Positions 1 to 9,515 of a stretch of 33,995 nt of DNA are shown here, in pieces. Within the stretch, counting starts at the first letter, position 1. Each line of letters opens with the position of its first letter. Location: the sequence record SRR9188677_110; one strand, given 5' to 3'. The translations under genes were made by a program, and so were the position numbers. The notes beneath the pieces are model-generated. The model searched no databases, was not told the origin of the DNA, and saw only the letters and a list, made by a program, of their open reading frames with translations.

Positions 1-2
1 CT

Positions 3-389
3 TTTTTTATACTTTTCTTATATGCGGCCTCTAGTAAGCTATTAGATTATGAAAAATCGGAGCTACAAATGTCTAAATCGCCCATTATAACGGACTTTGC
101 CTTTATTTTAGTTTGGCTGGTTCCATTAATAGAAATCATCATTGCTACAATGCTGGTGATCCCAAGAACAACGATGCTTGCCTTGTATGCTTCGTTAGGT
201 CTTATGTCGCTCTTTACAGCATATATTATTGCCATTTTATACTTCACCGATAATATTCCATGCAGCTGCGGTGGCGTTTTAGAGAAAATGAGTTGGGATC
301 AACACTTGATATTCAACATAATTTTTATGGTTCTTGCTGTTACTGCAATTTTAATCCAAACAAAAATACATGAGAAAAAGACGGAGTAA
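3..389 (+). CDS. MauE/DoxX-family redox membrane protein, 5'-truncated by the window edge
   Basis: Frame is open from base 3 (FFILFLYAASSKLLDYEKSELQMSKSP...), so ATG 69 is internal. Shows the LFxYAAxSKLxD motif, several TM helices and the IPCSCGG motif typical of MauE/DoxX. Confidence 0.85.
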   Translation, partial: FFILFLYAASSKLLDYEKSELQMSKSPIITDFAFILVWLVPLIEIIIATMLVIPRTTMLALYASLGLMSLFTAYIIAILYFTDNIPCSCGGVLEKMSWDQHLIFNIIFMVLAVTAILIQTKIHEKKTE

Positions 390-482
390 ATTCCGTTATA
401 AAAATATTCCTATTGGCCAATTTGGATCAGGAGGAACCGAAAACCTGAAATAGAGTAGGTACTTAAATAAAACTATAAAAAC

Positions 483-713
483 ATGAAAAAGTTATTTTTC
501 GTTGCCGTATTAGCTGTAGTTGCCGTTGGTGGTGCATATACAGTAAAAGCTGATACATATTATGGAACAGGTGGAACGCCAGTTTTCAATTGTATTGAAG
601 AAGCTCAATTAGAATGTTCATCAATTTCTGGTGACATTTATACTTCTCCAACAAATCAAACACCAGCAACTAGGGTTGATAAAACTCAACTGGTTACGCA
701 ATACAATCCTTAA
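483..713 (+). CDS. Small secreted peptide, 76 aa (signal peptide plus ~53-aa mature part with C-x7-C); resembles the DUF6520-like peptides found beside MauE/DoxX genes
   Basis: MKK + hydrophobic core + VKA cleavage site; A-rich 5' UTR; two Cys (NCIEEAQLEC); followed by a strong hairpin. The family name is from recall. Confidence 0.8.
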   Translation: MKKLFFVAVLAVVAVGGAYTVKADTYYGTGGTPVFNCIEEAQLECSSISGDIYTSPTNQTPATRVDKTQLVTQYNP

Positions 714-729
714 ATCGGCATTGCAAATT

Positions 730-759
730 AATGAGCTATTCTTTAAAGAATAGCTCATT
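730..759 (+). terminator. Perfect 30-bp palindrome after the peptide gene (terminator or mRNA-stabilising hairpin)
   Basis: aatgagctattcttt (730-744) is the exact reverse complement of aaagaatagctcatt (745-759); only a weak T tail follows. Confidence 0.6.
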
Positions 760-772
760 TAAAATCGACATA

Positions 773-1840
773 ATGAAAAAATTGGCTATCATCTTTGCAG
801 TAATACTAATAACGTCGGCCATTATTATTATACCTCCATTGATAAGTAGATATTCAAATGAAAATGGGTTCGAAAGGCACTTTGCAGATGTTAGAGTTGA
901 CCTTAAAAGTTCACTTAAATTAGATAACAATCTCTATTCTTTAACTGGTATACCAAATAACGATATAAAGCTTAGAAACTTTAACAATCCTTTTTTTGTA
1001 TTCAGCGCAGATTTTGACCTGAAAAAGTTAAATGAAATTGAAATCGAGGTCCCAAAAGCATTTAATGCTAATGTAAAACACACACAAATAAGAACGCAAC
1101 CAACAAATACATATATAAAAAATTCAAGAGGAGATATTCTCTTAATATTTGACAATCAAACAAAATTTTATCAAACAGGACTAGACTTCGACCAAGCACA
1201 TGTTATTTCAAGAAACTCTTTAGTAGTAAGAACAAGGGAAAGTATTAATGGTCAAAACAACAGAGTACTGGAAAAGATCTCACTTTCCGATCAAGGAAAT
1301 ACCACTATTAAGAAATATGCCCTACCAAAACAGGTTGATGGAATATTTTGTACTGATGGATGGCTTCAATATGATTTTAAAAGAGCAAATCTTTATTACT
1401 TGTATGCATATCGGGGAGAATTTCTAATTCTTGATACGAATTTACATGAAATCAAAATCATAAAAACTATAGATACTATTCATAGAGCAAAAATAAATTT
1501 AGGTGTTGAAGATTTAAAGCTAGAAAATGGACGGCATGCTATACAAACAAAACAAGTAAAACCTCCTAATATTGTAAACAGAGGATTTTGTGTAAACAAT
1601 GGTCTAATTTATATACTATCAAACATAAAAGCTGATAATGAAACTGCTAAAAATTTTTACCAAAATCAACCAATTGATGTTTATTCTATAAGCTCAAAAC
1701 AGTACGTCCATAGCTTTTATATCCCTAAATTTAAGGGTTTAAAGCCAAGACAAATTGAAGTAATTGGAAATACTATTGTCGCTATATATGAAAATTATCT
1801 TATAATTTTTATTTTAACGAACACAGTCCAAAATTCATAA
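773..1840 (+). CDS. Membrane-anchored hypothetical protein, probable beta-propeller-like extracytoplasmic domain
   Basis: ATG 773 (MKKLAIIFAVILITSAIIII) is preferred because ATG 731 lies inside the hairpin. N-terminal TM/signal, beta-strand-rich body, motifs NGFERHF, DGIFCTDG, YLYAYRGEF, IDVYS..YVHSFYIP. Confidence 0.75.
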   Translation: MKKLAIIFAVILITSAIIIIPPLISRYSNENGFERHFADVRVDLKSSLKLDNNLYSLTGIPNNDIKLRNFNNPFFVFSADFDLKKLNEIEIEVPKAFNANVKHTQIRTQPTNTYIKNSRGDILLIFDNQTKFYQTGLDFDQAHVISRNSLVVRTRESINGQNNRVLEKISLSDQGNTTIKKYALPKQVDGIFCTDGWLQYDFKRANLYYLYAYRGEFLILDTNLHEIKIIKTIDTIHRAKINLGVEDLKLENGRHAIQTKQVKPPNIVNRGFCVNNGLIYILSNIKADNETAKNFYQNQPIDVYSISSKQYVHSFYIPKFKGLKPRQIEVIGNTIVAIYENYLIIFILTNTVQNS

Positions 1841-1877
1841 TTACCTTTATTTAATAAATTCAAATAAAGGTAATTAT
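1837..1877. terminator. Bidirectional terminator between the converging operons
   Basis: 16-bp perfect inverted repeat ataattacctttattt (1837-1852) / aaataaaggtaattat (1862-1877) between the stops at 1840 (+) and 1891 (-). Confidence 0.7.
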
Positions 1878-1890
1878 TTAAGTGAATGGC

Positions 1891-3414
1891 TTATTTAGCC
1901 TTGGAATTACCAAGAGCATTATTTATCATATCTATTATATCACTGGACTTTTGAGTTAAGCCGACGCTGCTAAGATTAGCAATATTTCGATGTTCTTTAT
2001 CAACCAATAAAATAAAAGGTATAGCATAAATACCGTAGTATTTCAAAAAAGGATGTCTTATGCTTAAATCACCAGTGCTAATATTTATATAATGATTTGA
2101 ACTCATTTTCCCACTTTTTATTCCACTAAGCCATTTATCCTTTTTTGTATCAACACTTATACTTAAGACGACAAAATCTTTATTATCCTTAAATTCGGGA
2201 AAAATTTCTTTTTCGAACTTTTGATGAAATATTGCACATGCGGTACAACCTTCGCCCCAAATATCAATCAAAATAACTTTTCCTTTTAGATTTGCTGTAT
2301 TAAAAGGATTTCCGTTTAGATCTATAAATTCGGCATCAAATAATTTACCACCTTTTTTTAGCTTAATTTTTTCTGAAATTAGATTACTGTACATTGGGTT
2401 GGTAATAAACTTGCTTGCATCCACTACCAATGTGTCATAAGTGTTTTGGTCAAAATTTGAAATATCAATTAGCGACTGTGGGGTTGTAAAAAATTCGGTA
2501 AGTAATCTTTCCCGTATTAATCCAGAATAGCTGCTTTTCACTAAATCATAATACTTTTTTAGATCAATTTTACCATTGGTATCATTTATTTTAATACTTG
2601 ATTTTAAACCCAATACTAGGGTTTGGATATAAATAGGCGATATTACACTAACTTCACTAGGGTCAACAAATAGAGCCTTTTGATAGTTGTTAAAATATGC
2701 TCTTACAATGGCAAGTAGATTTGGAGAACGCTTAAATTCATTAATATATCCTTCCATTATAGTTAGCCAGCTATTATAATACATACCATATTCATTATTT
2801 AATAAAACTCGTATGTCTGGATTAATTGTTTTGTTTTCATTTATCAATCTTTCTTTTTTTTGGGCAAAGCTGATTGAAAGGTCTGTTACATTTTTAAGGA
2901 TATAAGATAAACTTGATGTGTCATTGACCAAATCAAATTTTATGGTTTTTAATTGCTTTCTATACTCTTGATATTGATCTTGCAGTTTCTCAATCATATC
3001 ATATTTTTCAGAACCATTGCCAATAAAATTTATTGCTATAGGTAATCCTCCTAGCCATTCTCTCTTAGGATGATCGATTATTTTTATTGTGACATTATCA
3101 TCAGGTTCCACAAAATATGACCCTATTATGGTTTGACGACCTGCGTTATAAGCAATCATCCGTATATATGAAGTTTTTTTTATTTCAGACAATTTGAAAT
3201 TAAAGTTTCCATTATTATCTATTTTAATAGTTCGACTGGTTTTATTTTTCATAACCGTCTGTGGGTAAGAAACTATTAAAATACTATCCGGAACAGTTTC
3301 TTTTATACATTGAAAAGTGCCTGAAAAAGTTGGACTTTTTGGTTCATTGAATTGACCATTAACTTTTCCGCAATACAATGTTATAGTTAAAAAAATAGCT
3401 ATTAAATTTTTCAT
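1891..3414 (-). CDS. TlpA/ResA-like thiol-disulfide oxidoreductase with a long N-terminal domain, exported
   Basis: Signal peptide; C-terminal thioredoxin-fold motifs LKGKVILIDIWGEGCTAC, VLSISVD, YGIYAIPFILLVDK. Confidence 0.85.
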   Translation of the reverse strand: MKNLIAIFLTITLYCGKVNGQFNEPKSPTFSGTFQCIKETVPDSILIVSYPQTVMKNKTSRTIKIDNNGNFNFKLSEIKKTSYIRMIAYNAGRQTIIGSYFVEPDDNVTIKIIDHPKREWLGGLPIAINFIGNGSEKYDMIEKLQDQYQEYRKQLKTIKFDLVNDTSSLSYILKNVTDLSISFAQKKERLINENKTINPDIRVLLNNEYGMYYNSWLTIMEGYINEFKRSPNLLAIVRAYFNNYQKALFVDPSEVSVISPIYIQTLVLGLKSSIKINDTNGKIDLKKYYDLVKSSYSGLIRERLLTEFFTTPQSLIDISNFDQNTYDTLVVDASKFITNPMYSNLISEKIKLKKGGKLFDAEFIDLNGNPFNTANLKGKVILIDIWGEGCTACAIFHQKFEKEIFPEFKDNKDFVVLSISVDTKKDKWLSGIKSGKMSSNHYINISTGDLSIRHPFLKYYGIYAIPFILLVDKEHRNIANLSSVGLTQKSSDIIDMINNALGNSKAK

Positions 3415-3425
3415 ACTAACATTTA

Positions 3426-4796
3426 TTAATACCCTTCATTTTGGGTAATATTTCTATTTCGATTAATTTCCTCGTCAGGGATTGGATAAAGAACTGATGT
3501 AGATTTCCATGCTGGTTTTATCGTTGATAAAACTACATCTGCGGTTTTTTTTCTTTTGAGATCAAACCAACGGTGGCCCCATTCCGCGAAAAGTTCAATT
3601 CGCCTTTCACTTTGTATTTTTAAAATTAAATCAGCTTGGGAGATATTCGGACTGACGTCTTTTATTAGTGGGAGACCAGCCCTGTTTCTGATTTCATCCA
3701 AATCGCTTATGGCGGTACTTAATTTATTTAAATGTGCCCTAGCTTCAGATCGTATTAAATATAGCTCTGCTAACCTAAGTATCATTGAATACTCGGTAAT
3801 GGTAGTGGATTGTTTAACTTTATATTTAAAGGGATAATAATATATGCCTGTATTATCTGTAAACGTTTTTATCCAAGAATTTTTTCTCTTATCGTTAGCT
3901 TCAAAGGCATTTTCTACAAAATCTTTATTTAATGATACAATTTGTGGGGTGGATGTTAATATGAACATTCCTCCCTCAAAAGTATTATAGTTGTTGGATG
4001 GTGGCATTAATTGCCAAATAGTTTCAGAACTATTTTTGAGAAATACAGCGTCTAAAGAGGCTAAGCTGTATGAATTTGTTTTTGATATAACTAGGTAAGC
4101 ATATTTTTCGGCATTTTCCCAATCATTTAAATAAAGGTACACTCTTGATAGTAATGACTGTACAACAGATTTATTAGGCCTAATCCTTTCCGTAGTTATA
4201 TAAGCATCACCTAAAAGCTTCTCCGAAGCAATCAAATCATTAATTATTTGTTGGTAAATAATTTCGATTGACGAACGAATAGCATTTTGATTAACTTTAT
4301 AATCAGTACTAAGATTTAAAGGAACTCTTCCAAATAGATTGACTAAATAGAAATAGTTGAAAGCCCTAATAAAAAGTGCCTCACCTTCTAATTGGCCTTT
4401 TACTGAGGGTGTTACATTTACTGATTTTGATAATCCTTCAATAACTGCATTTGCGGCGTAAATCATGTTATATGGCGTTCCATATAAAGTTGTTATTGCA
4501 CTATTGGATGAAGTAAGATTATTTTCATAGAATTGAGAATATGCGCTATTAAAGTTTATTAGCTCATCAGCCGAAAGCCCGCAAAGAGCGGTTATACTTG
4601 AGGAGTTTCCAGAGGCATAACTATTGTTTGCCATACTACTATATATTCCTATTAAAGCGGAAGTGGCGATCTCATTGCTATCAAATACCGTGGCCTGCAC
4701 CAAACTATCTTTAGGCACACCAATATCAAGGAACTTTTTACACGATATATTGATGCAGTTTAGACAAAATAAAAGAATTAATATTTTCTGTTTCAT
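3426..4796 (-). CDS. RagB/SusD-family outer-membrane lipoprotein
   Basis: Lipobox ISC-KKFL; motifs GEALFIRAFNYFYLVNLFGRVP, LRLAELYLIRSEA, ERRIELFAEWGHRWFDLKR, YPIP, QNEGY. Confidence 0.95.
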   Translation of the reverse strand: MKQKILILLFCLNCINISCKKFLDIGVPKDSLVQATVFDSNEIATSALIGIYSSMANNSYASGNSSSITALCGLSADELINFNSAYSQFYENNLTSSNSAITTLYGTPYNMIYAANAVIEGLSKSVNVTPSVKGQLEGEALFIRAFNYFYLVNLFGRVPLNLSTDYKVNQNAIRSSIEIIYQQIINDLIASEKLLGDAYITTERIRPNKSVVQSLLSRVYLYLNDWENAEKYAYLVISKTNSYSLASLDAVFLKNSSETIWQLMPPSNNYNTFEGGMFILTSTPQIVSLNKDFVENAFEANDKRKNSWIKTFTDNTGIYYYPFKYKVKQSTTITEYSMILRLAELYLIRSEARAHLNKLSTAISDLDEIRNRAGLPLIKDVSPNISQADLILKIQSERRIELFAEWGHRWFDLKRKKTADVVLSTIKPAWKSTSVLYPIPDEEINRNRNITQNEGY

Positions 4797-4807
4797 AGCT
4801 ATTCTAA

Positions 4808-7800
4808 TTAAAATTTGAGATTTAACCCCATCATAATGGTTCTTAAAGGCGGTAACACCAATCCTTGACTTTCTGGATCTAAACCAACATAATTTGTTAG
4901 TGTAAAAAGATTTTGTGCTTGTAGATATATCTGTGCATCATTTATTTTTAGTCCTTTCACCAGTTTCTCGGGTAATCTATAAGAAAGTGATACGTTTTTT
5001 AACCTTACATAAGACGCATCCACAATTGACAATCCACCATCACCCATAGCATTTAGATATTGAGTTCTTGCATTTGTGGAAGTGCTAAATTTTTGCGTTG
5101 ATGACTGATCCCCTATATTTTGCCATCTATTGAGTACCTCAATAGGTTGATTTGGAGCAGCTGTAGATGAGCTCCAAAATCCTGGGCTTCCAGTATAAGC
5201 CAAATAGTTTCTACCATTTTGTTTATTAAATGATATTAAGAAGTCTAAAGAAAATTGATCAAGGTTTAAAGAATTTTGTAAACCTCCATAAAAATATTGC
5301 CCAGTAAATTTATGCAAATAGCGGTCATAGCTATTTAAAACGCCGTTGCCATCATAATCTTCCCTAGTATAAAGACCTGTTTGGCTATCGACAGAAACAT
5401 TATAAGTTTTTAGGATTGATAATGGCTGACCAACAATATAGCTATCTGCATATACGGAAGTACTTAAATCTGGATAGGCGATAAGTTTGTTTTTGGGTAT
5501 TGTCAAATTAACCGTAGTTTCCCACTTAAACCCATCTTTATTTAACAATTTGTATCCCAATAAAAATTCTAGCCCACTATTCCTAACCTTTGCTGGCAAG
5601 TTAGCTTGTATAGTTGTGAAACCTGTACTAAGAGGTAGTGGCAAACCCACTAACTGGTTTGATGAAGTATTTCTATAAAACGATATTTCTAGATTAAGCC
5701 TATTCTGAAAGAGAGCTAATTGCAGACCTAGTTCAGATTTTTTATTTACCTCCCAAGCATAATAAGGATTTGAAATCCTTGTAGGATAAATTGTTGCTTG
5801 CCCTTGATATGTACCCGCATAGTTATTTGACCATAATTCTAAATAGCCATAATCTGGTATTTGGTCATTACCAGTTATACCATAACTAGCCCTAAGTTTA
5901 CCAAAATTTAAAAAGAGAAGATGTTCTTTGAAGAAATTTTCATTTGAAAAAATCCATGCAGTACCCAAAGCTCCAAAATTTGCAAATTGCTTTCCATTTC
6001 CAAATCTACTAGAGCCGTCCCTTCGAGCCGTTAGGTTGATAAAATATTTGTCGTTTAAACTGTAGTTAACTCTTGAATATAAAGAGTTATACCTATAGAG
6101 AATATTGCTAATTTGACTTTTTTCGAGTAATGAAGCAGAAGCAAGGTTTCCCAAAAGTTCATCACTATTATAACCTGAAGCCTTAGTCGTTTGTAATTGG
6201 AGAACATTTTCCTGAAAACTCATTCCAATTAAGGCTTGCAGTTTCCCTTTTCCTATTTGAAAATTATAGTCAAGTTGGGGTTCTACCAACCATGTATTGT
6301 TATAGTTATTGGTAAAATAAGACGCTCTACTTGTAGAAGTTAGATTAAGTGCAGGTGAAAAAGTTGATAAAGGTGTGCTTGCAAATTCTTCTCTTCTAAT
6401 TGTATTATACCCTAGTGATGTTTTCAAAACTAGGTTTTTTATTATTTTGTAATTTAAGCTTACATTTCCGATTAAATTGTTTGTCTTAGCATCATTAGGT
6501 TGATAGAAATAAGACATTGGATTTATATAATTGGTTCTATTTAGCCAAGTCAGATTACCATATTCATCAAATGGATTAGGTGTATTTGGTGATAAAAATA
6601 TAAGACTTGTTGGGTCCGTTCTTATTAACTGACTATCTGTATTGCTATAATTTACATTAAAATTTGCCTGAAATCTATCTTCTTTTGAACCTATATTAAG
6701 ATTTGAGTGTAGACTAATTCTTTTAAATCCAAAATCTCCAGGGAATACGGTTCCTTCTTTATAATAATTAGCACCAAGAATATATCTGCTTTGTTCTCCA
6801 CCTCCGCTAATATTTAATGAGACATTTGTGTTGTTTGCTGTACCTCCAATTAATTCTTCTTGCCAATCTGTATATCTATCTGAACCCCATGCACCATTTA
6901 TATCATATTGGTTTGCTCCAGGAGTTAAGCCATCATTTTTGAACGCTTCGGTGCGCATTTGAAGATATTGCTCTGTGTCCAATAAATCTAATCTGTGAGA
7001 TACCTTACTAATCCCTTGCGAAGCATTCACACTAATTTTCATAGCTCCGGAAGCTCCTTTTTTGGTTGTTATTAATACCACTCCGTTAGCTCCCCTAGTG
7101 CCATAAATTGATGTGGCATCGGCATCCTTTAATACTTCAATACTTTCTATATCATAAGGGTTTATTGAACTTAACGGACTTGCCCCAACGGTAAGTAAAG
7201 ATGAAGTTCCTGAAGATATACTTGTAGATGGATATACGACCCCATCGATTACATATAAAGGCTCATTTCCAACCTGCAAATTGTTAATACTGCTACGACC
7301 ACGTATTTGAACCTTAAACCCTCCACCTGGCACTCCTGTTAATTGTGTTATTTCCATTCCTGTAACACGTCCTTGCAAGGCCATTAATGGATTATTAATA
7401 GATTGTTTTTCAATAGTTTCAGAAGTAATCTTGGAAATTGAGCCAGTTCTTTCACGGTCATTTACTTTATAATAACCTGCATTTACTTCTACGCCTTTAA
7501 GCGTATTGGTTTCTTGTATTAAAGTAACATTTAAGAATTTTTCACTATCAACAGTTCTTTCAACTGCCGTATATCCTAGATAATTAAACTGTAATATGAC
7601 AGTACCATTTGATACCCCTATGGAAAACTCGCCATAACTGTTTGTTTGTGTTGTTTTATTGGTGTTTTTTAATCTTACTGTAACACCAGACATTGGTGAT
7701 CCTTGCTCGTCAATTACTTTTCCTTTGACTGTAAAGTCCAAAGCTTTGTTGTTTTCTTGAATATTACTAGGCTTAGCCTTGCGCTTTATAACAATTGTTT

Positions 7801-8164
7801 TGTCAAAGATTTCGTAGGTAAAAGGCGAACCTTTTAAGCACTCCTCTAAAACCTGCTGAATGCTCGCATTTTTATTTGACACTGAAATTTTACTGGCTTT
7901 GTCGAGTTCCTCTATATCGTACCAAAAGCTCAATCCAGTTTGTTTCTTGATTTCATTAAAAGCAGTTTGTAGCGAAACATCTTTTAATGAAAGATTTACC
8001 GTTTGCGCATTGGCCGTTGCAGTAACCTTGAAACAGGTTATCAACAACAGCATCATTGCAATATTAAAGGTCTTGGGGAGTTTGAGCTTTACAATCGGCT
8101 TACATCCAGCCATTAGGAGCCACTTCCACCTAAAAAGGGGAGAGTGATGTTTAAAAAAAATCAT
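4808..8164 (-). CDS. SusC/RagA TonB-dependent transporter with N-terminal STN signalling domain (transducer)
   Basis: STN-like region (SLQTAFNEIKKQTGLSFWY), CarboxypepD-like domain, plug motif DIESIEVLKDADATSIYGTRGANGVVLITTKKG, RRDGSSRFG, C-terminal Phe. Confidence 0.95.
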   Translation of the reverse strand: MIFFKHHSPLFRWKWLLMAGCKPIVKLKLPKTFNIAMMLLLITCFKVTATANAQTVNLSLKDVSLQTAFNEIKKQTGLSFWYDIEELDKASKISVSNKNASIQQVLEECLKGSPFTYEIFDKTIVIKRKAKPSNIQENNKALDFTVKGKVIDEQGSPMSGVTVRLKNTNKTTQTNSYGEFSIGVSNGTVILQFNYLGYTAVERTVDSEKFLNVTLIQETNTLKGVEVNAGYYKVNDRERTGSISKITSETIEKQSINNPLMALQGRVTGMEITQLTGVPGGGFKVQIRGRSSINNLQVGNEPLYVIDGVVYPSTSISSGTSSLLTVGASPLSSINPYDIESIEVLKDADATSIYGTRGANGVVLITTKKGASGAMKISVNASQGISKVSHRLDLLDTEQYLQMRTEAFKNDGLTPGANQYDINGAWGSDRYTDWQEELIGGTANNTNVSLNISGGGEQSRYILGANYYKEGTVFPGDFGFKRISLHSNLNIGSKEDRFQANFNVNYSNTDSQLIRTDPTSLIFLSPNTPNPFDEYGNLTWLNRTNYINPMSYFYQPNDAKTNNLIGNVSLNYKIIKNLVLKTSLGYNTIRREEFASTPLSTFSPALNLTSTSRASYFTNNYNNTWLVEPQLDYNFQIGKGKLQALIGMSFQENVLQLQTTKASGYNSDELLGNLASASLLEKSQISNILYRYNSLYSRVNYSLNDKYFINLTARRDGSSRFGNGKQFANFGALGTAWIFSNENFFKEHLLFLNFGKLRASYGITGNDQIPDYGYLELWSNNYAGTYQGQATIYPTRISNPYYAWEVNKKSELGLQLALFQNRLNLEISFYRNTSSNQLVGLPLPLSTGFTTIQANLPAKVRNSGLEFLLGYKLLNKDGFKWETTVNLTIPKNKLIAYPDLSTSVYADSYIVGQPLSILKTYNVSVDSQTGLYTREDYDGNGVLNSYDRYLHKFTGQYFYGGLQNSLNLDQFSLDFLISFNKQNGRNYLAYTGSPGFWSSSTAAPNQPIEVLNRWQNIGDQSSTQKFSTSTNARTQYLNAMGDGGLSIVDASYVRLKNVSLSYRLPEKLVKGLKINDAQIYLQAQNLFTLTNYVGLDPESQGLVLPPLRTIMMGLNLKF

Positions 8165-8246
8165 ACTTTTGTAAGGTTTGGGTTAGTTGAACAAATTATC
8201 TTCACGGATACTGCTTTTTGCAGTTTGGTTAATTCCCCAAATTATA

Positions 8247-8271
8247 CCGGATGTGTTCGAAGCGCATCCGG
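8247..8271. promoter_or_regulatory. GC-rich hairpin in the fecR-susC intergenic region
   Basis: ccggatgtg (8247-8255) / cgcatccgg (8263-8271). The T-run follows on the + strand, so it is not a standard terminator for the minus-strand operon; possibly a processing or stability hairpin. Confidence 0.45.
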
Positions 8272-8331
8272 CTTTTTTTATGGGGATTATTAACTAATAC
8301 TAATTTTTGTTTATCTCATTGGCACTTCATT

Positions 8332-9435
8332 TTAAGGTGTAACAATCAGTTTGTAGGTCGAATTTTCTTGTCTTTCGATGGTGAAGTGGATACCACTATA
8401 TGCTAAAATCTTTAAAAGAACAGATAGGTTCGAGCTTCTTGATATTCCTCCGTTAAATGTTTTATTTGATATAACACCCCTGTATTCAACTTCTATATTG
8501 TACCATCGGGAAGCCTGTTTTAATATGGATTTTATATCCGCATTTTTAAATTCCAATCTTCCATTTTTCCAAGCCAAAGCAGTTTCTATATCAGCTTCTT
8601 GTACTTTGATCGCCTTATCATTGGTTATGGATTGTTGATTTGGTTTTAGAATTATTTTCTTTGACGATAGATTAGTTATTCTTACAGACCCTTCCAATAA
8701 GGTAGTAACAGTGCCGCCGTCATCCTTATAATCATTTATATTGAAATGTGTTCCTAATACCTCCGTGGTTTGTAAAGAACTTTTAACAACAAAAGGCTTA
8801 GACTTATTAGGAGAAACCTCGAAATATGCCTCCCCATTGAGTTCTACGCCTCGTTGTTTTGCACTCTCGAAAGAAATGGGGTATTTTAATGAAGATGAGG
8901 CATTCAACCAAACTTTTGTACTGTCCTGCAATATAATCTGATACTGACCGCCCTTGGGAGTAGAAAAGGTTTGAATGCCCGATCGCTGTTCTACAGTACT
9001 AATAGCTGTGCCGTCTGAATAGGTTAATTCCTTAGAACTAACAATTACGGCTGTTTTGGAACCGTTTAAATTGATCGTTTTACCATTGTCCAGCGTGATA
9101 CTTGCTTGGTTGCGACCTGGTGAAATATCCGAAATAATTTGTTGTTTGGGTTCTATATTGATCTTGTCAAAAATTCCCCAAGTACATACAGTAAGCAGGG
9201 TAACGGCAGCAACTGCGCCAATTCCTTTCCAAAGATTTATTTTAAGTGCTTGCTTTCTGGATATAGGTAATTCCTTATAGATTTGTTTACCTATCTCTGC
9301 AATCATTCCATCAGAAATATCAATTTCATGTTCATTAAAATCTAAAAATGAACTTTCTACAAGAGACTTTTCCGCCTCGGTGCACTCACCTGCATTATAC
9401 CTAATGAGCAGTTGTTTAGCTTCTTCCGTATTCAT
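8332..9435 (-). CDS. FecR-family anti-sigma factor
   Basis: Single TM segment, then TPKGGQYQIILQDSTKVWLNASSSLKYP, GEAYFEV, VLGTHFNI, TTLLEGSV, AWKNG, RWYNIEVEY. Confidence 0.93.
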   Translation of the reverse strand: MNTEEAKQLLIRYNAGECTEAEKSLVESSFLDFNEHEIDISDGMIAEIGKQIYKELPISRKQALKINLWKGIGAVAAVTLLTVCTWGIFDKINIEPKQQIISDISPGRNQASITLDNGKTINLNGSKTAVIVSSKELTYSDGTAISTVEQRSGIQTFSTPKGGQYQIILQDSTKVWLNASSSLKYPISFESAKQRGVELNGEAYFEVSPNKSKPFVVKSSLQTTEVLGTHFNINDYKDDGGTVTTLLEGSVRITNLSSKKIILKPNQQSITNDKAIKVQEADIETALAWKNGRLEFKNADIKSILKQASRWYNIEVEYRGVISNKTFNGGISRSSNLSVLLKILAYSGIHFTIERQENSTYKLIVTP

Positions 9436-9515
9436 TATACTGATGGGTTGATTGGAAGCTAGTACAGCAAAGGGTATGAAATCTTGAAGATTTAATTATT
9501 TTTTATTCAGCATTG

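Noticed and set aside
483-713. Double-glycine-leader bacteriocin or lanthipeptide precursor (VGGA)
   Set aside because: The N-terminus is a hydrophobic Sec-type signal with an AxA-like site, and no C39 peptidase transporter or Lan/radical-SAM enzyme is visible in the window.
731-772. ATG 731 as start of the 369-aa ORF
   Set aside because: It is buried in the 30-bp palindrome. ATG 773 gives a typical MKK + hydrophobic N-terminus.
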